The notes under the pieces: generated by a model
Database searches by the model: none
What the model saw: the letters and a program-made list of their open reading frames with translations, nothing else
What the model was told of the DNA's origin: nothing
Translations under genes and position numbers: made by a program
Source of the DNA: Paecilomyces variotii
Taxonomy: Eukaryota
NCBI GenBank assembly: GCA_004022145.1
Contig: RCNU01000008.1
Length of the DNA stretch: 64,000 bases
Strand: one strand, 5' to 3'
Part shown: piece by piece, positions 1-14,800 of the stretch
Layout: the number at the start of each line of letters is the position of its first letter
Position numbering within the stretch: the first letter of the stretch is position 1

Positions 1-2442
1 CTTCTGACATGAACATCAGTGGGTCGCCGTTTATCCGTGCACCTTCAAGGAGACCAGATCTGCAATCAAATTCTCCGTTGGATCCGAGCTCCTATGGTAC
101 TACTCAGTCTCTCAGGCCTTCGAGCGCACGTGGAGTCCGTGCAGAAGAGATCCTCGATTCAGACATGGCTGCCCCAAGATCATCCGGATTAAGGAGAGAA
201 TCCACACAGCTGGCCGAATCTCCTGATCGCTTGTTAGACAAGCTGGAGGGCGATGTTCCCCAGGCAGTAATTCCAGTTGGTTATTCACGTCTTCATTTGG
301 TTGAACTGCCAAATCTGAAGGTATATATAATTCATTACTCTCTTTCTCACTCCACTGAATAAAATTGTCTGATAATCGATAGATGAAACCTATATACTGG
401 AGTCCAGTTCACGATATATCTGACGTTTTACGAGCTACATGGTTTTATAAGAATACTATGCTGCCGGTTGAGCCTCAGCTGGCTAACAAACTCGAAGAGG
501 GATACCTTTATATGCAGCCATGGACAGAGACATGGCAGGATGAGCTGAACAGCTGTGTCGAGAATGGTGCAGACGCCGAGGCGAAAGTCGTGCACAGGCT
601 CTGGCCTAAAGAAGAAAGCAAATCTGTTAGCAGACCTGCGACGGCACAGGAACTGGGAGCGACAGGCCCTCAGCCTACGCCACCTGATAAGACCACCGAT
701 ATTGAAGTCGAGGCGCTAACCTTCGATGAGAACATGGCTGCTAGTGGTGCTCCTTCCCAGGAGGCGGCTTTGAAACCCTTCAAAAGCTCCAGTGTCATAT
801 ACGTTGACGCAAAAAATGCTCAAATCCTGCGACCTAGTCTCCTTCCATCCGCCTCTAGGGGGAGACGTCCGCTCAGTGCAATTCGGAAAGGGAGACAAAT
901 CGGCATACCAGTTATCCGCGGCTTCAGTCGGCAGATGTGGGACAAATTATATCCCTCGAAGCCTAATCCTGTTGACGTGAGAAATTATATAAGGCGGCCT
1001 CAGTCTAGGGACGCACCTGTCGGACACAGTGGACAGGTTTGTTATGCTTGCGCAATAGAAGAATCGAGACCTAGCCCAACAGACCTAATGCTTGTCATCC
1101 ATGGTATCGGTCAAAAGCTATCTGAAAGAATGGAAAGTTTCCATTTCACTCATGCTATCAACGCGTTTCGCAGACATGTCAATGTGGAACTTAACAGTGA
1201 AGCAGTGTGGCCACACATCCGCCCAGATCTTGGAGGTATAATGGTTCTCCCAGTCAATTGGCGATCAACTCTTTCACTTGAAGATGCAAATATTGAGACC
1301 CAGTCGAATGAAGATCCAACAGAAAACCATTACTCCCTGAAAGATATTACTCCCGACACAATCCCCGCTATACGGACCCTCGTTAGCGATGTTATGCTGG
1401 ATATTCCCTACTACCTTTCTCATCACAAGTCCAAAATGATCCAGGCAGTTGTCAAAGAAGCAAACCGAGTATATCGACTTTGGTGTAAGAACAACCCGGG
1501 CTTCCAGGAGTATGGGAAAGTCCACGTTATGGCCCATTCTCTCGGAAGCGTCATGTCTTTTGATATCCTCAGTCACCAGCCGACCAGAGTGCCATATTTC
1601 GATTTTGACTCCGTACCTGCTCACAACGATATCTTTGAATTCGATACGAGCAATTTGTTCATTTGTGGAAGCCCTGTCGGACTCTTCCTACTCTTACACA
1701 AAGGTTTGTGTCCCAATATCCCTTTGGAGAGCGATAACAGTTAAGCAGATTGCAGCGAACCTACTTCCACGCAGAGGACGAAATAAACCTGGGAGAGAAG
1801 GCGAGGATCAGCAACGGGGAGTTGCAGGAGAAGCGGATAAATACGGCTGCTTGGCTGTCGACAACATCTATAACATCATGCACACTACCGACCGTAAGTA
1901 TCTGTTACACCTGGATAGTTAAACATGTCAAATACTGATCATGGCTCCACATAGCTATTGCATACCGTATTAACGCAGCAGTGGATAGAGATCTGGCTGA
2001 TTCTCTCAGGCCAGCCCCAGTACCCTCTTCTTCCTCATCATTCTTCCAGTCCTTCGCTGGTGTCTTCCGCTGGAGTTCCTCCACCGGCCCTGAACCCTCC
2101 ACGGCTCTTTCTGCAACCGCTCTCCCATCCCGACCTGCAGCAATATCCAAGCTCCCATCAAATGTCGAGCTCGAAACTCATGATTTCACCCGCGAAGAGA
2201 TCGCTGAAAAGCGCATGCTTCTCCTCAACGACAACGGGCAGATCGATTACTACCTCTCTGGCGGCGGTGGGCCCCTAAATATCCAATATCTAAACATGCT
2301 GAGCGCACACAGCAGCTACTGGACGCTGACGGATTTCATACGATTCGTCGTGGTGGAGGTGGCAAGGAAGCAGGGGAAGGATGGGACATTGCCAGCACTG
2401 AGGGCAGTGAAGAAAAAGGGATGGAAGGCTCAGAATCGGTGA
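1..2442 (+). CDS. DDHD-domain phospholipase A1 (PA-PLA1/DDL1-like), 5' truncated
   Basis: Motifs IHGIGQ, VLPVNWR, lipase box AHSLGS, F-x-x-GSP, NIMHTTDPIAYR and C-terminal SAHSSYW. Introns 321-382, 1704-1755 and 1894-1954 (GT..AG) join the ORFs in frame; stop TGA at 2440-2442. Confidence 0.88.
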
Positions 2443-2775
2443 AAATCAGTCTAAATGTTCGGATTGTTATGAATCATATGTAGATGTGAGATGGTGTTAT
2501 GGTATTGGTATTAGCTCGTGAGACGTCATATACTCGGTTTCCTGGTCAGAAACCAGTTAGCAACAAGTTTTTAGAATATCTGATACTGACAAGTGCATGA
2601 ATTCTTCCTTGCCTTCATGACTTCACGTCGTGGGGTATAGTATAGTAGTTACGCTCAATACTTTCTTCTGTTTACTTAGTAGTAGAATTAGAACATTAAA
2701 ACCTAGTACTAGCCTTTTCTTCTCTCAGAGTGGGTTTAGATTCACTTATTCACAGGACCATTTTCAACTCGTGCT

Positions 2776-5099
2776 CTATTCTCCACCAAGGACAGGGCCC
2801 ATCATCAACACTTCTACGAACTGATCCTTCTCAATCCTCCCCTTACCCGGATTCAAGACTAACAGTGCATTCGCCCCAGCCAGACTACCCACTCTTGAGC
2901 TTCGCTGACCAACCCCGGCACCAGGGCCGCCAAGTCCTGTACTAGTTGCGTAGAGGCGTCCGTCGGATCGCGAAGCGACAACAACAGCACGGTGGTATTC
3001 TGTACGTTTGGGGTCCAGGGGAATAGCATGAGTCAATGTAGCCGAGACCAAGGGGAGACCCAAAGCCGTGTGTGGTTTGGGAACTGTGGCTGCAAGAGAT
3101 GTCTGGCCCATGCCGCTCAGCTTGTGCAATGATGGAAGCACAAACAGGTTTAACGTCACTAAGGCAGAAGCAGGATTCCCCGGGAGGGCGAAAATAAGCT
3201 TCGTCTCTCTTTCTTGCTGTGCGGATGCGCCTGATGATGACATGGCTGGTTTGTATGGGACTGTCGCGAAGGTTGTAGGCTTGCCGGGCTTCATTGAGAC
3301 GCGGCCAAAGTGGATTGTGCCGCCAAGGGAACGCTCAATTGTAGGCTTGAGCAGGTCCAGTTCACCCATTGATACACCTCCTGTAGTAACGATCACGTCC
3401 ACAGGTTTGTTAGCACCTGGTCCGACTCCGCGCAATGCTCCACGCAACGATTGTTCGATTTGGCCCACTGGAGTATCACGAGCGATTCCAAGATCAACAG
3501 TCTCAAAGCCCCAGGCCTTCAAAGCGGATATCAGGGATGGACGGTTCGAGTCTCGAATCTGACCTCCCTCCAGCTTCTTCGGGTCATTGTACTCGACTAG
3601 TTCATCGCCGGTGCTCAGGACACCTACACGAGGCTTCTTGTAGACTTTCACTGTCTTGGTTCCTGTCGACGCCAACAGACCAACCTCGCCTCCCACAGCT
3701 GTGATGAGGTCTCCCTTTTGAAGAATCTTGGACCCCAGAGAAACATCACTTCCTGGTTCGCGTATATTTTCACCAGGCTTGATATCCGCTGTTAGTATTT
3801 CAACAGTTGCTTCTTCCGTGCCATCAGGAGTGGATGATGCTAGAACAGTGTCTTCCACCATGACCACTGCATTCGCGTTTGGAGGGAGAGGTGCTCCTGT
3901 AGTGATCCTTGCGATACTTCCAGGCTCCAGCGCTGGGGGCATAGAACCAGCCTGGGCGTGAGATACAGAAGCCACAGGGAAGACACCTTTGCTGCTTGGT
4001 CCAGCAGATGGTGACTCGGGTGCAATGAGAGCGTAGCCATCCACGATACTAGCTCGATAGGCAGGTACTGCCTCTCCCGCATAGACGTCTTCAGCAATCA
4101 CTGATCCTACAAGATCAGCTGTCACCGGAACTTCAACAATTGTTGGCTCGGGTGTCTTCTCGCTTATCACCTTGAGCGCTTCATCCACAGAGAGCATTGG
4201 GTAGGGCGAGTTCCGATATCTCCGCGTAGGTCCAGCATTGGGATCATTAGACTGTGGTCTCTCTGAAGGTAACGTATGTGCTTTGGGAATAGTATGACCA
4301 TGAGAATGAGAGTGAGCATGGTCATGGTGGCCATGGTGGTGATGGTGGCCTGAGGACTCTCCACCACTGGAGGAAGATACACCAGCTTGCGCTTCTAGTT
4401 TCTTAACGCCCCCAGCGTGGATGGATCTTGAATTGGCACCAGCCGCCTGTATGCATGCGTGAGGCAATAGCTTGATCACTGCTTCCAGGTTCTCTTTTGC
4501 GCCTTTAGGTGACCCTGGCAGAGTGAGAATCAGGGTCTTGTTCCGTATTCCCGCTACAGGCCTAGCCATCATTGCAACTGCTCGCCATTAGCGTGTTTGT
4601 TGATGGGAACAAAAGTCTCGTATCCTTACATGGAGTCACCTGTAGTGAAGCTGCCAGCATTCCATGCCTGAAAATATCATCAGCTTACATAGCTCCTTGG
4701 AGTGATCCAGAGGAATCTACTCACACAAGTCCAGGGGCATGACGGTGAATAAGAGGCGACACTGCCTGATAGATACCCGTAGGAGTCAGCTTATAAACTG
4801 ATAAAGCGTGCAGCACTATGTTAACAGACCTCGGGAGTATTATCCTTGACAGCAAAGCCTGTTCCACCAGTTGTTATTATGAGGTTGAACACTTCTTCTC
4901 CATCTGACCAATTTCTGATCGCTAGTTGGATATCTAAGACGTTATCAGGGACGATCTTGGTGACTGGCGTCTCCCAGTTGCTAGACCCTTCCGCAGTAAA
5001 CGTAGCAGTCAATGCAGCCCCAGCCTTATCAGATGACGGATCCTGTGCTGCAGTATCCGATACAATCAGAATTGCTGCTCTTAATTTACCCTCTGCCAT
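2776..5099 (-). CDS. cnxE: Gephyrin/Cnx1-like molybdopterin biosynthesis protein (MogA G-domain + MoeA E-domain)
   Basis: N-terminal MogA domain (TTGGTGFAVKDNTPEA, TLPGSPKGAKEN), His-rich linker, MoeA domain (STGDELV, DSNRP, TGGVSMGELD, MKPGKP, LPGNPAS). Introns 4829-4766, 4724-4668 and 4629-4578. Confidence 0.93.
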
Positions 5100-5575
5100 T
5101 TTGCGTGATATAGTAATAGTTGTCTTATCAGGTGAGGGGTAGCGATGTTGGGGAAATAAGCTTAGGTTAGCTTGCCCGAAAGGATATGTCCCGAGAAATT
5201 GCCGCAAGTCCCGATTTGGTAGTCATGAATGGAGAACGTTCCATGACAGAGATAGCTCAGATTGACTTGAAAAACAAATGGTGTCGCAGTAGAATATCTT
5301 TCACTCTAATGTGAGTATCCAGGGTGTGATTCATTTCATATTCCAGAACATAGCCTTAATAATGTACACCAGCCCGGAAAGATACAGGGAAACCAGTGGC
5401 ATCATGCCCCCGAATCCATAAACGAGAAATCTTACAATCATGTCGAGACCATACGCCCCAATGCTATATACGCTATCATGGAAAGGAAAATGTCATGGTG
5501 TGATATCCTGCGCACTGACCACTTTTCTCCATAACTGCCCCGAATCCTCGATCTCTAACTGTCAACTGCTACCAT

Positions 5576-6417
5576 CTACTCGAAATCCAGAGCCTTCCCT
5601 CCCACCAGCAGACCAACAATCAGTCCGAAAAGTCCAAGGACGGAACTGAAAATCTCGATAACGAGGATTTTCACGAAGCTAGGAGGCACGGTGTCAGTGA
5701 TGCTATGACGCAACCACAGAACGTAGGGGAACTAACAGGCTGGGGTCCGCGGCATCTGCTAGAGCTGCGCCACTTCCATTGATACCGACGGAGATACCAC
5801 AGATCAGGTTGCACACTCCCACGGTGATTCCTCCCCAGAAGAGAGCATAACCAGTGTAGTAGTTGCTGCTCGAGTAGATGCCATCACCTGCAACGAGATT
5901 CAACTTCGAAGAGAAGACGATGGCCATAATGACGCCATAGATAGCGACGACCTCGCAGAAAATAATGGAGATCAAGTTCTTCGTTCGTATTCTGGGAGCT
6001 TTGACACCTCCACCAACGATCGAGGAACCGGTAAGGAAGATACCCCTTGACAGACCGTAGTGTCAGTACTATGTGCAAGCACGCAAATTGCTGGAGAGAG
6101 TTCTTGTCTCGTACCATGCTGCTCCAACCACGGACAGACCTATGCAGCTCGCAATACCAACGTTCGCCCATGCGTACGGGGAGACGCTTTCGAGGAATTG
6201 ACCGACCTATCCCACGCCGTCAGACAAAGACTCGGTACTAAGGAAACACGGAATCTCATACGTTAAATGCCTCTCCATTGCCGTGGAAGAGCATATCTAT
6301 CAGAAAGTTCTGTTAGCCAGCGCGTTTCCTCTCGCTCGACACGGTGGAGATCAACTCACAAGCTCCGACCACGGTCAGGGAGAACGTCGCAAGACCAGCT
6401 GGATAGGAAAGGCCCAT
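5576..6417 (-). CDS. vma16: V-ATPase 21 kDa proteolipid subunit c''
   Basis: Spliced product has [46 protein letters not shown] and [24 protein letters not shown]; four short introns. Confidence 0.93.
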
Positions 6418-6874
6418 GGCTGCGATGAGTCCAAGTCTATTCACAGAATAAAACAGAAACAAATTCGCACGCCGCAGGGAACACTGGGAGATGAGATCCT
6501 GGCGGCAGCAAGCGTCTTGATGTTTGGGCGTGGTGGTCAGTAGAGATCGCCGGAGCCCGCGGTCGGAACGGAGAAGCAAGCGCAGCAGCCGCGCGGGTGA
6601 CGGACCTGCCCTTCTGGCCTCGGCGCTCCCCCACGAGCCCCCGATTAAGACGGATCCATGGATTGGCACTCTGTGTAGCTTACCTGTCTAGTCGACAATT
6701 CTCCTGCAGCACCTGGATCAACCACCAGGCCACGGTCTAGTCGTTGCCGACTTTGAGGAGGAGACGTTCTTCGGCTTGCCGACTCCTTTTCTCGACTCCT
6801 CTTTTATCAGCCTCCAGCACCCTCCAGCACTTCCACCAGCTACCCCTGATACCGTTCTATAAACCTCGGTCACC

Positions 6875-7824
<950 letters not shown>

Positions 7825-8891
7825 ATGTCCGGACGTAATATCCGATTGTTCTTTTTCCTGTCTATAACCTCCGTGATGTCTCGCTGTATATCCTTTTTCC
7901 TGCCGGGCATGGCATGTCTAGACCAGGCTCTCTTGGACCGTAATGCCGTTTTTCACCTTTCCTTTTGTTCTCGCTGGGGGCCTGAGAAGGTCTCTGTCAT
8001 TTGCCACCAGGTGATTGGGCGTTATCATTTGATCCTTTATCTAACCTGATGATTGTATTTCTCGGAAAATTCTTGCATTCGCTTCGAACTCTTGGGTAAA
8101 TGGCTATTTTCAGAAGCTTAGTGGTTCCAGGGCATATTTCTTAGCTGTATAAATATACCGATTTCTGTCGAGCGGTCTTCTGACGACGGAGGCGAGCTCT
8201 GCGGCTTTGGATATTGCGGTGTCAGCTCCCTTTTCTGAAAGCATAGGGATCTGCATGATCTTCATATATGAAGCCCACTGGCGATCCCCTTTACGTCTCA
8301 AGGGTGATTTCCCAATTCGAGTGTATTTCCGCCTCAGGACTTTTGACACGTAATGGGGCATATGGCCGCGAGCTTTAGCGCACATCCTGAGCTGAGCGTC
8401 TATTTTCAGACGTTTCGGGCAGACAAAGCGCCTTCAAGGGACTAAGGAAACTGGTTAAGTATGTACCAAGACCTGGTCCAACCGTCCAAGACACACCGGT
8501 ATTCGGCAGGCACCCCGATCGATCCGATCTTTGACACAAGGTGTAAAACAATTAAGGTCGAAAACAGGACGAAGATTTGTCGACGATCTCCCTCTCACTC
8601 ACTCACACTCTCTCCCTCTATCTCTCTCACATCTCACATTGTTGCTTCATCAAGCGTTGGGTGTCTGTTGAGAGGGTTGTTAGACTAGTTAAGTACCTGT
8701 TCTTGGCTTCCAACGCAAGCGGGCGATCGGCGAGCGGATAATCCGGCTCCTTATGCATCAATGATCACACTACTTGGTTTTCCACCTCTCTGACCATCTC
8801 GTCCTTCTCTCTGGCTTCCCGTCGCTTTTTTGCCCAGGTTCCCGTCCTGTTGCTCTGGCTGAGTATTCCTGATCACATTGCGTCCTCCAAG

Positions 8892-10034
8892 ATGGGCTCT
8901 TTAGCCCGATTCTTCCGCATCCCGCGGCCAGAGGTGAGTGCGGGTTTGAGCTGAGCCGCCGGCTGTTTACTGACATCGCCACCCATCTAGACTTTCTTCT
9001 ATGTGATGAGCCTGGAGACGGGCGCTTCTCTGATTACGCTCTCATTGCTCCTGAACAAGATCAGTGGTCTCTATGGCCTGCTTGCGCTGTTGACCGGATA
9101 CCACCTTTCGCCGGTCCAGCTGTCCATGTATGTTTACTCGCTCGGGGCTCTGGGCCTCACGGCTTTCCTGTTCCCCCACATCCGGAAGCACTCGCCGCTA
9201 CAATGTCTGTCGCTCGCTTGGTTTTATCTCCTGGATAGCTTGATTAATGCCGCCTACACGGCGGCTTTTGGTGTGACATGGTTCCTCGTTGTGTCTCAGC
9301 ACTATCATAATGCGCCTACATCCGGTCCAGGAAGTGAGACCATGGAGGAAACTGCCGGGTTCACGAATCCAAAATACAACGTCTCTTCGGTCCAAGCCGC
9401 GGCCGGACCGGATGCTGGTGTTTTGTCACCCGGACAGGGTGCTGTGGCTGCCGCGCACCCTGCCACTGCGCCGGCTGGTAGTTTGGGGGCGACGGCGCAA
9501 GGCGTTCCTAGTCTAGGGCACGGTGTTCTTCAGCCAGAGAGTTTCCAGAGTATCGGGTTCATCTGTGCTCTGTGGGGAATCCGCATCTATTTCGTCCTGG
9601 TCATGTTGGCCTTCGCTAGACACGCGCTTCGTCAATACGTGGCCACGGGGTCACCTCGTCATCACCAGGTTCCTACCCACAGTCGCAATGTGTCTGTGGC
9701 CAGCTGTAACGCCGAAATCGATCGAGATCCGTTCTCCGCACGCAGTCCAGATGGACAAGGATGGCAGGGAAAGCTGGGCCGTGCTATGGTCAGGTTCCCT
9801 CGAAGCTACTGGCTTGGCGGGCCTGATGATGCCAACTGGGCGAGCGCAATTGGTCGCAGGTTTCGCAGACGAGGTGAAGTTAATACTGGACCGACTGAGA
9901 GAGAACGACGGCGACGCTCGGGTACTGGTCCACCACTCCCTTCGCAAACAGTGGTACAGGCTGCCGCTTTGCAACAGCCTATCCAAGTTCAAGGGATGCA
10001 TGTGAAGATGCACGACTGGAACGATCCCAGGTGA
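8892..10034 (+). CDS. kei1: Inositol phosphorylceramide synthase regulatory subunit Kei1 (DUF1753)
   Basis: Exon 8892-8933, intron 8934-8990, then TFFYVMSLETGASLITLSLLLNKISGLYGLLALLTGY, characteristic of the Kei1 N-terminus; about four hydrophobic helices. Confidence 0.8.
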
Positions 10035-11103
10035 TCCGTCATCTATGGGAATCACAAACCGGCCGTGATACTGACCTATACTGTCCCTGATCACTCTCGG
10101 GCACAGACGTTCCCTGGACCGCTGGCGCGTTCGCGTGTTACCATATACCCCATCGCCATCTTGCATCTTTCTCTCTACTAGTCTGGGAGAATAGACCATT
10201 TTCGTTTCTGTCTCTTCGTCTTCGATCAGACACAGTTGCGGCCGGGTGCTTATGAGCCATCCCGCTCCGGCCATAATGCCTTTCGTCGTCATTCATCATC
10301 ATTATCATCATCATATTTTCCTATTTTGTTCATTATTGCACATGCCGACATGACCTGCATAAATAGTGGATGGTCGGGTCAACTGGGGATTTCATGTTGC
10401 GCGATTTGTCTCCATATATACTCTTCTACCACCCGTTCTTCCATGGCTATAAGATCCGTGCGGATGTTCTCGTGCGGACGGGCCTCACGGTAATGGTCTA
10501 GTTGTACATTGCTTTGGAAAGATATCCAGGGATTGTCTCAATCAGCGCTGGGCTTTGTACATAGTATGTTGGACACTGGGAGAGGGTTTCATGGCGTCAA
10601 CGGATCTGGGTTATTTCGCTTATCAGATGTAGTCAGTTAGTACTCGATATAATCGGTAACTGACAACACCGAGAATGGTCCGAAAGGGATTTTTAGCTCG
10701 AATATACTTGTGATAGTTACACATCAATGACAGTGATTGTCTCAGCCAGTCATGATGCTTATGATACACATGTCGTCAGCGTAAACTTTCTGGCAGCAAA
10801 ACCCGGCTTGCAGCGTACCTTTCCTGTACGGGCTTAATAGGTAATGTCCAGAGCGATTGCGTGCTTGCGTGATTCTCGCCCGAGAGGTTATGAGGGCCGT
10901 CTTGGCCCGGCAACCGCCCGGATGGGAGATGGGCTGACAACCTATCTAATAATAATGCAACATGCGGGGCATGAAATCACATTGCAACTGAAGACCGGTT
11001 TCTAATCAATAATAATACTTCAATAGTTAATGATGTGTATTGTGAAACAAATTGAGTGCTGCCAATTAACTATCATGGCAAGTAATGAATAATACATGAG
11101 ATG

Positions 11104-11132
11104 TTTTATTTTATTTTATTTTATTTTATTTT
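11104..11132. repeat. (TTTTA)n pentanucleotide microsatellite
   Basis: Five tandem TTTTA units read directly in an AT-rich intergenic stretch. Confidence 0.9.
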
Positions 11133-11850
11133 CATTTCCTAGAACTTTGCATGTTAGAATGAAAATGGGACCAAGCAGTTATTATTATTATTGGGTGTCC
11201 CCTCAGAACCCCTCATGAGGGCAGCAGTGTTTGGTCAACTAGATATACCTAGGTAAGTAACTTACTCGAGGAAAAAAAAAAATAGTCTAGATGAATTCTT
11301 CAAATATTTCCCCTCACGCTGGTCTGGACGTGAGCGGGTTGACTGTCGTGGCCGACACCGCACCAAATCCCGCCTAGGCCGGACGATACGGCCAAAATTA
11401 CGGCTCGATACGACGCAAATACCGATACGACGGGCTGCGATACAGTCACGGGACACCGAGCCTTTCCCGAAGCGGCGTGTTTGCAACTCGCGGCCGCTGT
11501 GGTTTGCATCGATGTCGTGATCGGGAGCCAATGAGAAACCTGCTGATCCAACCCGAGGGCGGACAGTTGAGAGGCAGGACGGAGAGAGGAATTCTGAAAG
11601 GCGTGGATATTTTCTCTTCTCTTTTCTCTCCCCTAGACTCATCTTCCTCTGCGGCAAAAGGACAGTGTCGTCGCGAGGAGAAAATCTGTGACTCGGGTTC
11701 TGGGTGGTGAGCGTGCCATTTTTATATATACCCTGCCCGCTACGTTGGATTTCATTCTATGCGGTGATCTCCACTGCCGTACTATATTTTTGCGTACCCC
11801 TCTTCCCCTACCCAACTGTGCTGTAAGAAGTGCAGGACATATTGGTCAAT

Positions 11851-14800
11851 ATGGGGTCTATCTCGACGGCCGGAGAAGCTGGTGAGTGTTACCTCCTATC
11901 TGAAACGCATCTGGAAGTTCAATTCTGGAAAATGCTGTTTCAATCGATCTATATTTGGATGGTCCGTGGCTGATGAGTATCTTTTGCGCAGTGGCGAGAA
12001 TCGCCTACCTTGCCAGTGATGTCGTCCTCTCCGTACAGCCGTCTCTGCGGACGGATTCGCAGTTCTCCAAGTCTCTCAACAGCCTGAAGGCCAAGGGTGC
12101 CTCTGGCTTGATTTCCAAGGCCGCTCCTGAGGTGAGTTTCTCGTTGGAGTTGGATCTGGTCCATGCCATACCATAGTTCAGGACGCTGATTTTTCAAATC
12201 AGGTACGAGCTGTGAGAGAGAATGCGGACCCTCTCCTTTCCGCTTTCTATCCTCTTCAGTCTGGAAGCATTGTTTCTGTTACGACTTCTTCCAATGTTCT
12301 CCTTTCTTCTATTCCCCACCTTTTCCGTCTGGCGAATTATCCCATTGTCATCCACGTCGCTCTCGACGCATCTCCCTTCCCGGATTACTCGGTTATCAGC
12401 TCGATCCGCCAGTGTGGCTTCGCGTTCCTGCAGTCAGAGACCCTCCAGGAAGCACAGGATATCGCCTTGACCGCCCACGCCCTTGCGATCAAGTCTGGAA
12501 AGGGTGTCATCCATTTCTTCGATCCCGCCAACTCTCAGGCTGATAACGCCATCGCGGAGGAAGATATTGAGGTCGTTAAGAAGGTCCTGGACTTGGAGGG
12601 AGACAAGGCAACCCACGTGTCTGGCACTGGAGAGCAGACCTTGTACACGGACTCTGGTCGTGCGGCTACCGTCGAGGAGAAGGTGGAGGCTGCCCCTGAG
12701 GCCGAGACCGAAGGCGCGGCCGCTCTTCCAACCCCAGCAAAGAGCCCCGTCGATTCTACAGATGCCTCGTCTGTTGGTTCTTCCAAGCGGGACAGCAGTG
12801 TCGACAGCCGTGCTCCTAGCTCTACCGCAACGACCGTTGATGTGGCTGCTGCACGACCGGTCAATGCCGCTGATGTCTTCGAGTTCACCGCACAGATCTG
12901 GGAGACTCTCTCAAAGGCTACTGGCCGCAGCTACCACGCTGTCGAATACACTGGCCCGCACAACGCCAAGTCTGCTATTTTCATCTTCGGTTCGACAGGA
13001 GTCTTCGTTGATGCTCTGGAAGGTGCCAAGGACCAGCCGGAGCTGCAGAATGTTGGAATCATCACTGCTCGTCTGTACCGTCCTTGGGTCGGTTCTCAGA
13101 TCTCTAGCTCGATCCCCGCATCCGTTGAGAAGATCGCCGTGGTGGAGCAGGCGCGCAAGACCACTAGATGGGGTCCTGCGTTCTTGGATCTGCTCTCGAG
13201 TCTGAGTCCGTCTCAGGCTCCGCGCCTCGTAGCATACAGACTCGGTTATGTTGAGCCCTCTACTGCTGTTCAGGCTCTCCGTGGTATTCTCCAGAACCTC
13301 GGCTCTGAGACCCCGATCCAAAACCTTGAGATCGGCAGCCACAAGGCTCCTCTTCAGAAGGTCCCTGAACAGCCTGAGCTCGAAAATGCCTACACTAAGA
13401 TCCTCCAGCAGTTGTTCAATGACCGACTCTATGTGGCGAACCAGCTGGCTTCCAACAATGCTGGTATCTCTGCTACTATTGCAGCTAGCCCTGAATATGG
13501 TTTCGGTTCATTGATTGCCAGAACGGAACACCGCGAACGACTGATCCGCGAGGTTGAAGAGGCAGCAAAGTCGGGTGTCTTCACTACCGAGACCCCCAAG
13601 AGCTGGTTGTCTAAGTGGGCTCTGAGTGCTAGAGATGCGGCAAAGGCCAACAGCCTTGCTCCTGACGTGATCTCTCATCTCTCCGTTGACGGCTCCAAGA
13701 CCGCACAGGACCTTCTGCAATCCAAGCAGCTCTTTTTCAAGGAATCTCAATGGCTTATCGGTTCAGAGGCGTGGGCATACGATCTTGGAAACAGCGGTGT
13801 TCACCACGTCCTGGCGTCGGGTGCCAATGTTAACATGCTCATCATTGACTCGGAGCCTTACTCCGAGCGTGCCGCTGCTGACCCTACTCGTCGCAAGAAG
13901 GACATTGGACTGTATGCCATGAACTTTGGCAACGCTTATGTCGCATCCGTCGCCGTGTATGGATCCTACACCCAGGTTCTTCAGGCCATGGCGGAAGCCG
14001 ACCAGTTCGAAGGTCCCTCCGTTGTCGTTGCCTATCTACCATACAACAAGGAAGATGATTCTCCTCTGACTGTCCTTCAAGAGACTAAGAAGGCTGTTGA
14101 CCTTGGTTACTGGCCTCTCTACCGTTGGAACCCTGGTCAGGAGGAGAATGGCGAGCCCAAATTCTCTCTCGACTCGGAGCGTATCAGACGCGAGCTTGAG
14201 GATTTCCTGCGTAGGGATAACCAGCTCACTCAGCTGATGAAGCGTCACCCTAACTTCTCCTCAAGCTTGTCTGAGTCTTACGGCACTGAAGTTCGCGCTC
14301 TGCAAAAGCGTAAGGCCAAGGATTCGTATGAGAAGCTCCTCGAAGGTCTCTTCGGTGCTCCTCTGACTATCTTATTCGCCTCTGACAACGGTAACGCACA
14401 GAACTTGGCTAAGCGCCTGGGCAACCGTGGACGTGCTAGGGGTCTGAAGACTACGGTCTTCGCTATGGACGATTACCCGATTGAGGACTTGTCTACTGAA
14501 GAGAACGTCGTTTTCATCACCAGTGTTGCAGGTCAGGGAGAGTTCCCGCAGAACGGTCGCTCCTTCTGGGAGGTTGTAAAGAACTCGGGTGACTTGGACC
14601 TTTCTTCCATCAATTACTCTGTCTTCGGTCTTGGCGACAGCCACTACTGGCCTCGCAAGGAGGATAGGATCTACTACAACAAGCCCGCGAAGGACATTGA
14701 TGCTCGTGTTTCCTTCCTTGGTGGAAGAAAGCTCACCGACATCGGACTCGGTGATGACCAGGACCCAGATGGTTACCAGACTGGCTACTCTGAGTGGGAA

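Noticed and set aside
9651..10292. 213-aa ORF antisense to kei1
   Set aside because: It overlaps a well-supported gene on the opposite strand and has no motifs.
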